From: Patescibacteria group bacterium
Lineage (GTDB): Bacteria > Patescibacteriota > Minisyncoccia > Moranbacterales > UBA2206
NCBI GenBank assembly: GCA_022709735.1
Contig: JAKLIG010000002.1
Span: forward strand, 1,949-65,948
Length of the DNA: 64,000 nt
Reading direction: 5' to 3'
Within the stretch, counting starts at the first letter, position 1; each line of letters opens with the position of its first letter. This document shows positions 1 to 9,189 of this stretch, one piece after another. Under the pieces are notes generated by a model. The model was not told the DNA's origin. It ran no database searches and was given only the letters and a program-made list of their open reading frames with translations. The position numbers and the translations under genes are program-made.

Positions 1-28
1 TAAATTCTAAATTTTAATTTCTAAATCC

Positions 29-376
29 TTATTTCTCTTTGCAGTTTTTAGAAATTTTAGCAAAAATTAGAGTCAGTTCATGAGCTTCCTTCCAAAGTTT
101 TCTACATTCTTCTTTTTTATCTTCTTCTGCCACAGAAATCATTCTCGCCCAATGTTTCGATTCATTAGATTCTTTCTGGCAAATTCTGATTTTATTTATA
201 AAATCTTTCTTTGAGCTAGCTTGATTGGCCTCCATGTAATTAGCTCCGACACTGGTTGCTGATCTGACGAATTGATTTATCAGTGGACCTGTAATTTGAT
301 TGTATTTAATGGTTTTTGTGAATTTGATTGCTTCTTCTCCAAATTTTGCACATCTTTCTTCAAGATCGTATTTCAT
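29..376 (-). CDS. four-helix-bundle protein (23S rRNA intervening-sequence protein family)
   Basis: 115-aa ORF with helical repeat character typical of the TIGR02436 four-helix-bundle family; call is from sequence similarity recalled from memory, not a search. Confidence 0.55.
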   Translation of the reverse strand: MKYDLEERCAKFGEEAIKFTKTIKYNQITGPLINQFVRSATSVGANYMEANQASSKKDFINKIRICQKESNESKHWARMISVAEEDKKEECRKLWKEAHELTLIFAKISKNCKEK

Positions 377-449
377 AATTCTCTAGTTTAAAAATTTTTG
401 TTTTAAGATTTATTTACAAAATTAAAAATTATAAAATTAAAAATTCTAC

Positions 450-797
450 CTACGGCAGATCCAAACTCAACTGATCTCCGGTCTTGAGTACTCCCGTGCC
501 AGTGCCTCCGGCAAAATCAGCATCCAAAGTATGCGTTATAGCCGTAACTTCCGAACTGATTGAAACAGTTGCTCCGGCATTAGCATTAGCGTCTTTTGCG
601 CTATATTTAGTCCACGCTCCCGGATCGGCTTGCTCGGCTGTATGGCCATGAGTGGCGCCAACTCCGCCTGCCCAAGAACTCTGCGCCCAACCATAAGTTG
701 CGCCTTTGGCGATGTAGTCTTTGTAGAGAAATATTCCAACAGATATAGTTAGAAAAATAACCGCGAGAATCAGAAACTTTTTTTTGTTTTTTTTCAT
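450..797 (-). CDS. hypothetical secreted/membrane-anchored Gly/Ala/Thr-rich protein
   Basis: N-terminal Lys-rich segment followed by a hydrophobic helix (signal anchor); the rest is low-complexity G/A/T-rich. Confidence 0.35.
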   Translation of the reverse strand: MKKNKKKFLILAVIFLTISVGIFLYKDYIAKGATYGWAQSSWAGGVGATHGHTAEQADPGAWTKYSAKDANANAGATVSISSEVTAITHTLDADFAGGTGTGVLKTGDQLSLDLP

Positions 798-985
798 AGA
801 ATTAAAAATTAATTAATTATAAAATTTGAGCTCTACGCCAAAAAATAGTTGGACACTCCCAACGCTTTTTGACTACTAAATTATACCACATATTTTTTTA
901 TTGACAAAGATAATTTATGCCTGCACAATGGATTTACCAGTGTCATTCTGAACGAAGAGAAGAATCTTATAATTATTTTAATTTT

Positions 986-2038
986 ATGCCTCTAAAAATA
1001 GGAATTGTCGGTCTGCCAAATGTCGGAAAGTCTACGCTTTTCAAGGCTCTCACCAAAAATCCGGTGGATATTCAAAATTATCCTTTCTGCACCATCGAAC
1101 CCAATGTCGGAATTGTAAAAGTTCCTGATTTTAGACTGGAAAAATTGGCCGAAATGTCCCATTCGGCCAAAATTATTCCGACTGTCATCGAATTTGTCGA
1201 TATCGCCGGCCTTGTTAAGGGCGCATCAGTTGGCGAAGGCTTGGGAAATAAATTCCTATCTAACATTCGGGAAGTAGACGCGATTGTCCAGGTTGTTCGC
1301 GCATTTGAAAATGATAAAATCATCCATGTCCATAATAAAATTGATCCAGATCATGACATTGAAATAATTAATATGGAACTGATCCTGGCAGATCTCGAAA
1401 CGATCAAAAAAGTCGAGGATAGAATTGGAAAAGATGTCCGTGGAAAAAAGAAAGGAGCATTGGAGCAAATGGAAGTTTTGGAAAAAATCAAAAAAAATTT
1501 GGAAGAAGGAAAATTAGCCAACGAAACTATTTTGGATTTATCTGACGAAAACACAAAAATTATCGTTCGCGAATTGTCGCTTCTCACGATGAAACCTTTT
1601 CTTTATGCCTACAATGTCAGTGATATCAATCAAAAATTGTCTCCTGCTCTAGAAAATAGAGCTCATGTAAAATTAGATATCAAAATTGAAGAAGAACTTT
1701 TAGAAATGTCTCCGGAAGAGGCCAAAGAGTTGGGGATAAAATCTAATTTAGATGAACTGACTATCAAGGCTTATGAAATTTTGGGACTAATTACATTTCT
1801 CACAACCGGCGAAGACGAAACCCGCGCTTGGACAATCAAAAAAAATTCCACCGCGCCGATTGCCGGCACAGCCATTCATAATGATTTTAAGGATAAATTT
1901 ATTCGCGCCGAAATTATCCAATGGGATGAACTTTTGAAAATTGGTTCCTGGAGCAAAGCACGAGAAATTGGCAAGCTTCGAACCGAAGGCAAAGATTACA
2001 TTGTTAAAGACGGAGATGTAATAGAATTTAAAATATAA
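986..2038 (+). CDS. ychF: ribosome-binding ATPase YchF (Obg-family GTPase)
   Basis: P-loop GIVGLPNVGKSTLF plus the YchF C-terminal TGS-like domain; true start is the internal ATG at 986 (MPLKIGIV...), the track ORF begins further upstream. Confidence 0.9.
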   Translation: MPLKIGIVGLPNVGKSTLFKALTKNPVDIQNYPFCTIEPNVGIVKVPDFRLEKLAEMSHSAKIIPTVIEFVDIAGLVKGASVGEGLGNKFLSNIREVDAIVQVVRAFENDKIIHVHNKIDPDHDIEIINMELILADLETIKKVEDRIGKDVRGKKKGALEQMEVLEKIKKNLEEGKLANETILDLSDENTKIIVRELSLLTMKPFLYAYNVSDINQKLSPALENRAHVKLDIKIEEELLEMSPEEAKELGIKSNLDELTIKAYEILGLITFLTTGEDETRAWTIKKNSTAPIAGTAIHNDFKDKFIRAEIIQWDELLKIGSWSKAREIGKLRTEGKDYIVKDGDVIEFKI

Positions 2039-2258
2039 ATTAGAATCTGAAAAAGATGCTTGCCCCGTAGCGAGCCATAAAATGGCTCTGCTACTGGGGT
2101 GATTGAGTTTAAGATTTAAGCTTGACTAAAAATATTCCCTCTGCTAAGCTTTAAATAATCAAGAAAGTCCAATAGTTTTCTCGCTCCGCCTCGGTGGAGA
2201 TAAGAAAACTAACCTCCGTCAAGGACTTTCTTTGAACGGACTTTATTTATATAAATCG

Positions 2259-2343
2259 CTAATCAACACGAATTAAACCCTAATAATCACGAATTCGAGA
2301 AAATTCGAGATAAAATTAGCGTAGATTCGAGAATTATATCATT
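2259..2343 (+). promoter_or_regulatory. 85-bp leader cassette fused to the rpsF start codon (copy 1)
   Basis: ~90% identical to 3419-3503; contains three ATTCGAG words. Confidence 0.7.
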
Positions 2344-2850
2344 ATGCAATATGAAATTTTCTATCTAATCGGCGCTTCAAAAGAAGCTGATTTAGATAAC
2401 ATCAAAAGCGAAGTGAAAAAAATAGTGGAAGATGCCTCGGGAAAATTCTTGGAAAAAGAAACTCTGGAAAAAAGAAGATTGTCTTATACTGTAAAACGGG
2501 AAAATCACGGGATTTATATCGCCCAAAGATTTGAGTTAGAAAACACTGAAAATTTGCAAGAAATCACAACCAAAATGAATCTCAACGGAAATATTTTGAG
2601 ATTTATGTTGAGCAAAGCGGAAGATCTTCCAGAACTCAAATCCAAAGAAGAAAGAATTAATGATTCAACTAAAAAAGAAGAATTTCAAAAATCCAAAAGA
2701 GACCAAATCGCAGTTGAAAAAACCAAATCCGAAAAATTAAAAGAAGAAAAACCTGCCCGCATTGCTACGCAAAGCGTTGCAGGCGGGAAAGCAGAAAAAA
2801 CCAGCGATGACGACATTGATAAAAAGCTTGAAGAAATATTAAACATTTAA
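2344..2850 (+). CDS. rpsF: 30S ribosomal protein S6 with Lys/Glu-rich C-terminal extension
   Basis: N-terminal MQYEIFYLIG...RRLSY matches the S6 fold signature; classical rpsF-ssb-rpsR gene order. Confidence 0.85.
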   Translation: MQYEIFYLIGASKEADLDNIKSEVKKIVEDASGKFLEKETLEKRRLSYTVKRENHGIYIAQRFELENTENLQEITTKMNLNGNILRFMLSKAEDLPELKSKEERINDSTKKEEFQKSKRDQIAVEKTKSEKLKEEKPARIATQSVAGGKAEKTSDDDIDKKLEEILNI

Positions 2851-2932
2851 ATGCTAATATTTCACGAATGTTAAATCAAATGTATTCAAATTCATTCGCT
2901 TAAACATTCGCAATTATTCGCATAACAAAATA

Positions 2933-3406
2933 ATGAATGTCAACAAAGTTATCCTAGTCGGACGGCTTACGCGCGATGTTGAAGTAAGAAACACCGCGAC
3001 TGGGCAGACCGTCGCTTCAATTAGCATGGCAACTAACCGTTTTTGGAAAGACAAAAGCGGACAACGCCAAGACCAAACTGAATTTCACAATGTCGTGCTT
3101 TGGGGACGGCTCGCGGAAATTGCCGGACAATATCTTTCAAAAGGCCAAGAAACTTATATCGAGGGTCGACTTCAAACCAGAAAATATACCGCTAAAGATG
3201 GCACCGAACGAAGAGTAACTGAAATCGTCGCGGAAAATATGCAACTTGGTTCACGCGCTCAAGGCTCATCCGCTCCTTCTTCCTATAATAATCCTGCGCC
3301 AGCCAAACCAGTTGCTCCGGCACAAGAAGCTCCGGCCGAAGAAATTCCAACAATCAATTTAGACGAAGAAGAGAACGAAGTAAAAATTGAAGATGTCCCT
3401 TTTTAA
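2933..3406 (+). CDS. ssb: single-stranded DNA-binding protein
   Basis: OB-fold core VILVGRLTRDVEVR...FHNVVLWGRLAE and acidic C-terminal tail ending DVPF. Confidence 0.9.
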   Translation: MNVNKVILVGRLTRDVEVRNTATGQTVASISMATNRFWKDKSGQRQDQTEFHNVVLWGRLAEIAGQYLSKGQETYIEGRLQTRKYTAKDGTERRVTEIVAENMQLGSRAQGSSAPSSYNNPAPAKPVAPAQEAPAEEIPTINLDEEENEVKIEDVPF

Positions 3407-3418
3407 TTATATAACTCA

Positions 3419-3503
3419 CTAATCAACACGAATTAAACCCTAATAATCACGAATTCGAGATGATTCGAGATAAGATTAGCGTAGATTCGAGATTTATACT
3501 ATC
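3419..3503 (+). promoter_or_regulatory. 85-bp leader cassette fused to the rpsR start codon (copy 2)
   Basis: ~90% identical to 2259-2343, ending exactly at the ATG. Confidence 0.7.
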
Positions 3504-3725
3504 ATGGAAAATCAACAAATTGAAAAAAAATTATGCCACTTCTGCCAAAATAAGGTGAAAAAAATTGATTTTAAAGACGCCTATCTCTTGCGCCGTTTTA
3601 TGAACTCGCAAGGAAAAATTTATCCGCCAAAAAGACATGGCACTTGCGCTCGTCATCAGCGAACTCTTGCAAATGCGATAAAAAAAGCGCGCACTATGGC
3701 ACTCGTACCATTCGTCGCCAGATAA
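3504..3725 (+). CDS. rpsR: 30S ribosomal protein S18
   Basis: 73 aa; CHFC...DFKD..LL..F....GKI.P.R.TG.CA..QR.L..AIK.AR motif. Confidence 0.85.
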   Translation: MENQQIEKKLCHFCQNKVKKIDFKDAYLLRRFMNSQGKIYPPKRHGTCARHQRTLANAIKKARTMALVPFVAR

Positions 3726-3728
3726 TTT

Positions 3729-4286
3729 ATGCTCAATATCAACGAAATAAAAACTGGCAAAAATATAATTTTGAACGACACCCCTTATGTCGTGCTTTAT
3801 CACGAACATTCTAAAACCGGTCGCGCCGGATCAGTGCTTCGAACGCGCCTAAAAAATCTTTCCAATGGAACCGTTTTGGAAAAAACTTTTCAGGGCGCAG
3901 AAATGTGTGAAGAGGCAGACATCACTAAAACCAAAGCTCAATATACTTATCGGGAAGATGTGAATTACAATTTTATGGATAGCGAAATTTATGAACAATT
4001 TACGCTTTCCAAAGATGCCCTAGGAGATAATATTAATTATCTCAAAGAAGGCACCGAGGTTTTAATTTTGAATTGGAACGGCAATCCGATCAACATTGAA
4101 CTGCCGATTAAAATAAAATTAAAAGTAGTCGAAGCTCCGCCGGGAATAAAAGGCAATACTGTTTCCACCGGCGGAAAAGTTGTGACGCTGGAAACCGGCG
4201 TCAAAATTTCCACTCCGCTTTTTATCAAAGAAAATGATGAAATCATAATCAACACAGAAAAAGGAGAATATGTTTCAAGAGCCTAA
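3729..4286 (+). CDS. efp: elongation factor P
   Basis: 185 aa with three OB/KOW-like domains; begins MLNINEIKTGKNIILNDTPYVV. Confidence 0.9.
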   Translation: MLNINEIKTGKNIILNDTPYVVLYHEHSKTGRAGSVLRTRLKNLSNGTVLEKTFQGAEMCEEADITKTKAQYTYREDVNYNFMDSEIYEQFTLSKDALGDNINYLKEGTEVLILNWNGNPINIELPIKIKLKVVEAPPGIKGNTVSTGGKVVTLETGVKISTPLFIKENDEIIINTEKGEYVSRA

Positions 4287-4313
4287 ACTTTTTGAAAAAA
4301 TCATTAAATAAAA

Positions 4314-4343
4314 ATCTGAACTGGAAGTTCAGATTTTTATTTG
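4314..4343 (+). terminator. intrinsic terminator downstream of efp
   Basis: hairpin ATCTGAAC-TGGAA-GTTCAGAT followed by TTTTTATTTG. Confidence 0.7.
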
Positions 4344-4636
4344 AAGTTATATTCAGTTTTATTTTTACAATAACCCGACTGTGTTGAAAAGCGTGATGGT
4401 CAAGATCGGAACAAGTGCAACCAAAACGGCAAAATTTATTTCCTCCGATTCTTGCTCTTCTAACGCCCTTTTTTCGCAAGCTGGGCATTTGCATGCTTCT
4501 GTTTCCATATTTTTGTTTTTTACCCCCTTTCCAAAGGGTTTTTAATAATTAAAAAATAAAAAAGGGCGGAATTCACCCGCTCTTTCTATTAGTATTTCTA
4601 TTATACCTGATAATTTGAAAAAAGTCAAGTTTTTTT

Positions 4637-5332
4637 CTAAAGCGTCATGCCTAAAAATAAATTCAACATAAAATTTAGAAAAATTCCAAGCGGACCGGAA
4701 AAGAAAATTATAAAAAATAATAATATTACAAAACCAAATTGCTCAAGCATAAGGAGCATCTCGGTTCGAATCGGAAAAATGGAAAAAAATAATTTCGAGC
4801 CGTCAAGCGGTGGGATTGGAATGAGATTGAAAAAAGCTAAAAAAACATTCCAAAAAATAATTATCACCAAGAGTTCAAAAAAAATGGCATTCATTGATCC
4901 GGAAATTACTTCAGAAATTTTTCCCCAATCATTGAAGTTATAAATTATATCCGCTTTCACGGCCATTGGAAGATTTATAAATTTTGCCAAAAATGCCGCA
5001 ATGATTGCGATAAAAATATTTGAAAGAGGTCCAGCCGCGCCAACCATGGCCGGCCCCCATTTTTGATTTTTTAGATTATACGGATTATACGGCACCGGCT
5101 TTGCTCCGCCGAAAGCAAATTTAAAATTAGTCAGAAGCAACATCAAAACCGGAAGTCCGATTGTCATCCAAGGATCAATATGGCGTATCGGGTTGGCAGT
5201 AATTCTTCCAGCATATTTAGCTGTCGGATCTCCTTGCCAAAGTGCCGCTACTCCGTGCGCCACTTCATGGATAATCAAGCTATAGAGAAGTATGGCGATA
5301 TAAAATGCAATTAAAATTATTTCGTTAAGCAT
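4637..5332 (-). CDS. site-2 protease family (peptidase M50) zinc metalloprotease
   Basis: HEVAHG zinc-binding motif inside a TM helix; polytopic membrane protein. Confidence 0.75.
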   Translation of the reverse strand: MLNEIILIAFYIAILLYSLIIHEVAHGVAALWQGDPTAKYAGRITANPIRHIDPWMTIGLPVLMLLLTNFKFAFGGAKPVPYNPYNLKNQKWGPAMVGAAGPLSNIFIAIIAAFLAKFINLPMAVKADIIYNFNDWGKISEVISGSMNAIFFELLVIIIFWNVFLAFFNLIPIPPLDGSKLFFSIFPIRTEMLLMLEQFGFVILLFFIIFFSGPLGIFLNFMLNLFLGMTL

Positions 5333-5506
5333 AAATGTTATGCTAATCTGCTAATATAAACTAATCCACGAATTGCAAATTCGCATCATTAGCAATTAGC
5401 TGATTGGTATTTATTCGTTAATTAGCATAGTATTGTGATTGCTTGCTATTATTACTTTCTTATGCTAACTTATATTCTGTAATAAATCAAATAACTTAAA
5501 CGATTA

Positions 5507-5673
5507 TGTCTAGAGTATGCGACATTTGCGGCCGAGGATCACAAGTTGGAAACAAGGTTAGCCATTCCAATATTAAGACTCTCCGGAAATATAAAATAAA
5601 CCTGCAAACTAAAAAAATTGCCGGGCAGTCAAAAAAAGTCTGCACGAAATGCATCAAAACCATGGCGAAATAA
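5507..5673 (+). CDS. rpmB: 50S ribosomal protein L28
   Basis: 55-aa ORF absent from the track (<60 aa): MSRVCDICGRGSQVGNKVSHSNIKTLRKYKINLQ... is the L28 signature. Confidence 0.75.
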
Positions 5674-5687
5674 AGTGATTTTAGCTC

Positions 5688-5726
5688 AAAAAAATCCTCT
5701 CCGATTAATTGGAGAGGATTTTTATT
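5688..5726. terminator. bidirectional intrinsic terminator between rpmB (+) and the adk-like gene (-)
   Basis: A-run, ATCCTCTCC-GATTAATT-GGAGAGGAT hairpin, then TTTTATT. Confidence 0.7.
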
Positions 5727-5742
5727 CGCTTACTTTTATATC

Positions 5743-6822
5743 TTAAAGCCCTAGAACCTTAACTAATTGTTTTACAAGAGAAATTGCTACGGCTGGCGCC
5801 ATAAGGCTATAAACTTCCACGCCTTCATCATCCTTAACAGTAAACGGACGCTCGAGCGTTTTTATCTCGCCAGTTTTCTCATCTCGTTCATAATAAAATT
5901 CAGGAGTAAGTTCATATTCATCTACCATTTCCTTGGCTTTTTCGACTGGCACAGCATTTCTAATCATCGCTTTGGCGATTCCGTGAAGAGAAAATATTTT
6001 ATTTATTAATTTATCGTCCATTTCTAATCTATCCCGAAGAGATTCAATGCCTAAATTATCTCCTTCCTTGGCTACCATGCGCGCCTTATTACATTCCGGG
6101 TTGTCGCACATCAGATAAAATTCCTTTTTTTCTTCGTCGTATCCCACAAATTTTGTCGCAAGTAATTTTAGATTTCTTGGGGTGTGACAAATTGGACAAA
6201 CTGCGCGGTATTTCATTCGCTCATCAATCACTGCTTCTGGAATATCGATTGCAATAAAAAGATCCGGGTCTTCACGATAATCAATCATTTGCTTAAAAAA
6301 TAAAGAATATGATATTTGATCAAAATTTCTTGGAAAGCCGTCAACAAAAATCGACTTCTTCCCCATTTTGTCTATTTCTCTTTTGGTAAGCGCCATAACA
6401 AATTCGTCTGGAAGAAGCGTTTTCGTATCACGGTTTAGTAGCGCCTCAATTCCTTGCTCGGGAGTTATGTAGCCTCGATAATTTTTATGCAGATATTCCA
6501 AAAGATTTTTCTTCTCTTCTTTGTTCTCCATTGCCGAATGCACATCTCGAACAACATCTCCCACAGAGATATGCCCGATTTTATTTTTTCCAAAAATTTC
6601 CATTAAAAGTTTTGTATAAGTTCCCTTGCCGGCATTTTTTTTGCCTAAAAAATAAGCAATGAAAGTCTTTCCTTCGTCAAAATATTTTCTTAGCTTTTCA
6701 ATTTCTTCTCCTGCTTTTTTTTCAAAATATTCCTTCCTTTCCGCTAGATCAGAAAGATTGAATTTTTTGTCCACTCCTTCCATTTTCGTTTTCTGCAATG
6801 GAAACTCTTGCTCGTATTTCAT
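5743..6822 (-). CDS. adenylate kinase family protein, unusually long (359 aa) with Zn-LID
   Basis: P-loop GKKNAGKGT, ISVGDVVR, DGFPR and a CxxC...CxxC LID (CPICH...CDNPEC) align with Adk; ~45-aa N-terminal and ~70-aa C-terminal extensions. Confidence 0.65.
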   Translation of the reverse strand: MKYEQEFPLQKTKMEGVDKKFNLSDLAERKEYFEKKAGEEIEKLRKYFDEGKTFIAYFLGKKNAGKGTYTKLLMEIFGKNKIGHISVGDVVRDVHSAMENKEEKKNLLEYLHKNYRGYITPEQGIEALLNRDTKTLLPDEFVMALTKREIDKMGKKSIFVDGFPRNFDQISYSLFFKQMIDYREDPDLFIAIDIPEAVIDERMKYRAVCPICHTPRNLKLLATKFVGYDEEKKEFYLMCDNPECNKARMVAKEGDNLGIESLRDRLEMDDKLINKIFSLHGIAKAMIRNAVPVEKAKEMVDEYELTPEFYYERDEKTGEIKTLERPFTVKDDEGVEVYSLMAPAVAISLVKQLVKVLGL

Positions 6823-6845
6823 AATTTTTTTATTATTTAATGCTA

Positions 6846-6868
6846 ATTAAAAACCTCCTTGCGAGGTA
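6846..6868 (-). terminator. intrinsic terminator downstream of recA
   Basis: ACCTC-CTTGC-GAGGT hairpin followed by a T-run on the minus strand. Confidence 0.55.
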
Positions 6869-6915
6869 TCTGCAATCATATTAACAAACAAACTCTAAAT
6901 AATCAATAGTGGTCA

Positions 6916-7923
6916 TTATTCTTCCGCCTTTTCTCTTTCTTTCAATTTTTCATAAATCCCTTTGGAAATTTCTTTCATAAGTTTCGGGTCCGCTTTGAGC
7001 GTTGCTTTGGCCACTTCCCGACCAACTCCCAGCTTTATTTCTCCAAAGTTAAAAGAATTACCTTTCTTTTCAACCACTTCATATTTTACTCCTGTATCCA
7101 GGATATCTCCAGAAGCGCTGATGCCTTCATTATACATAATATCGAATTCGGCTGTTTTGAATGGCGGAGCAACTTTATTTTTGACAATCTTAATTTTTGT
7201 TCTGTTTCCAACAATGTCTTCGCCTTTTTTGATCTGCGCGCTTCTCCTCACTTCAATTCGAACTGAAGCATAAAACTTTAGAGCGTTTCCTCCTGTGGTC
7301 GTTTCCGGATTGCCAAAAACTATTCCAATTTTCATTCTGATTTGATTGATAAAAATTACCGTGCAATTGGATCGGGAAATTATCGCCGTGAGTTTTCGAA
7401 GCGCTTGAGACATGAGCCTAGCTTGGCGCCCCATATGCTGATCACCCATATCGCCTTCAATTTCCGCTTTTGGCACGAGCGCTGCCACAGAATCAACTAC
7501 AATAATATTCACCTCTCCGGAATTCACCAAAGTTTCCACGATATCCAGCGCTTGTTCACCATTGTCCGGCTGGGAAATCAAAAGATCATTAATATTCACA
7601 CCAATTCTTTTGGCATATTCCGGATCAAGCGCATGTTCCGCATCAATAAACGCTGCCACGCCTCCAGCTTTTTGCGCATTAGCAATGATATGCAAAGTGA
7701 GTGTAGTTTTTCCGCTGGATTCCGGACCATACACCTCTACCACGCGTCCTCTCGGAATTCCGCCAATCCCAAGCGCAATGTCTAGTGAAATCGCTCCGGT
7801 CGGAATTGATTCTACATCTACTTTTTTCACATCCCCAAGTTTCATAATCACGCCTTCACCGAATTTTTCTTTGATTCCTTCAACTAATTCTGTTAATTTT
7901 TTATCATCTTTTTCCTCTTTCAT
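6916..7923 (-). CDS. recA: recombinase RecA
   Basis: Walker [11 protein letters not shown]1/L2 loops, [14 protein letters not shown]. Confidence 0.95.
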   Translation of the reverse strand: MKEEKDDKKLTELVEGIKEKFGEGVIMKLGDVKKVDVESIPTGAISLDIALGIGGIPRGRVVEVYGPESSGKTTLTLHIIANAQKAGGVAAFIDAEHALDPEYAKRIGVNINDLLISQPDNGEQALDIVETLVNSGEVNIIVVDSVAALVPKAEIEGDMGDQHMGRQARLMSQALRKLTAIISRSNCTVIFINQIRMKIGIVFGNPETTTGGNALKFYASVRIEVRRSAQIKKGEDIVGNRTKIKIVKNKVAPPFKTAEFDIMYNEGISASGDILDTGVKYEVVEKKGNSFNFGEIKLGVGREVAKATLKADPKLMKEISKGIYEKLKEREKAEE

Positions 7924-8098
7924 AAAAATTTTTATCCCCCACCACTTTTGGCTTTCATTATTTTACCTAGACTAAATAAAACTAAAAATTAATTAAAAAC
8001 TTTTTATAATTTTATTTCTTACAAGCTAAAAGTGGTGGGGGATGAATTTTACTAATTATAATGATATCGTATCACTACTTCAAAATTCTGGCAAGTGC

Positions 8099-9118
8099 CT
8101 ATTTTTTAGGCTTATTTTCGGCATTAATAGTCTTGGTTTCTGGAGTAAAAGTCACGCCTTTCACTGCGCCCGAATCCGGACTCAATGCCCCTAACTCTTT
8201 TCCATTAAGCGTAACAAAAGTTGCTTTGCCTTTTCCGGAACTTATCACAATTTTTTCTTTGGCTTCAAATAATTGCACTGCTCCGCTAAGCATCGTGCCA
8301 TCAAAAACTATACTGCCATCCGCTTCTGCGCTTATCCAAACTGGTCCTGGCTCAACCTTAATTTCAATCTTAATTTTATTCTCTGTTATATTTTCTGTTT
8401 TATTTTCCAAAGACGCTTCGTTATTTGTTTCTTCCGGTTCCTTATAATCCGAACGGATGCTCAAATTTTCCACCGACTCTTTGTCAAACTTATTTACTGA
8501 TTTCAGATTAATTGTATTCAATCCGGATTGCAAAGTTAGATTTTCTCGAAATCTTCCATCATCTCCAACCAAAATTGGCTGGTTATTTATAAACAACCTC
8601 GCCTCTTTATCCGTTATGCCTTCGATATAAACAGAATTTCCGGAAACTTGACTATTATTTTGCGGATTGAGAATTACCAAACTTGGGGCATTAGCAAAAG
8701 AATTTATTTCCCGATAAAGCAGAAACAGTCCGGCGAAAACCAACACAATAATTGCCGAGATTAGAATTTTTTTGGGCGTAAAAATAAATGGCGAAATGTT
8801 AACTGGCTTTGATTTTCCCAAATCTTTTTTCTTATTTTTTTTCAAGTTCTCTCGAATTTCTTTTTCTCTTTCATAAAGACGAATAAGAATTTTTTCATCC
8901 ACACCCAAAAAATCAGCATAGCTTCGAAGAAACCCTTTCACATAAACATCCGCCGGAAGTTTTTCCCAAATTCCTTCTTCCAAATATTCCAAATAAGCCG
9001 GTTGGATTTTGGTAAATTTCGAAGCTTCAACAATCGAAGTTCGCTTATCACTTCGCAGTTTTTTCAATTTTTCTCCAAGCGTGAGTGTCCCAACGCTTTT
9101 TTTGGTAAAGCCATTCAT
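8099..9118 (-). CDS. RodZ-like cytoskeleton protein (N-terminal XRE HTH, single TM, C-terminal domain)
   Basis: HTH LGEKLKKLRSDKRTSIVEASKFTKI, then KGFLRSYADFLGVDEK, then a TM helix. Confidence 0.7.
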   Translation of the reverse strand: MNGFTKKSVGTLTLGEKLKKLRSDKRTSIVEASKFTKIQPAYLEYLEEGIWEKLPADVYVKGFLRSYADFLGVDEKILIRLYEREKEIRENLKKNKKKDLGKSKPVNISPFIFTPKKILISAIIVLVFAGLFLLYREINSFANAPSLVILNPQNNSQVSGNSVYIEGITDKEARLFINNQPILVGDDGRFRENLTLQSGLNTINLKSVNKFDKESVENLSIRSDYKEPEETNNEASLENKTENITENKIKIEIKVEPGPVWISAEADGSIVFDGTMLSGAVQLFEAKEKIVISSGKGKATFVTLNGKELGALSPDSGAVKGVTFTPETKTINAENKPKK

Positions 9119-9189
9119 AGCAATTTACGAAATTACGAATTAAGCGAAAATACGAATTCGTAATTTAGATAGATTCGTATTTTAGTAAA

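Noticed and set aside
2160-2235. GAAAGUCC...GGACUUUCUU segment as RNase P RNA
   Set aside because: Only about 200 nt are available between ychF and the rpsF leader. The CR-I/CR-V context (GGGCUCC / ACAGAACCCGGCUUA-like) is absent, so it is too short and too divergent for RNase P RNA.
4249-4494. 81-aa minus-strand ORF between efp and the M50 protease gene
   Set aside because: It overlaps the efp 3' end and its terminator hairpin, has no motif, and the region is better explained as a convergent terminator zone.
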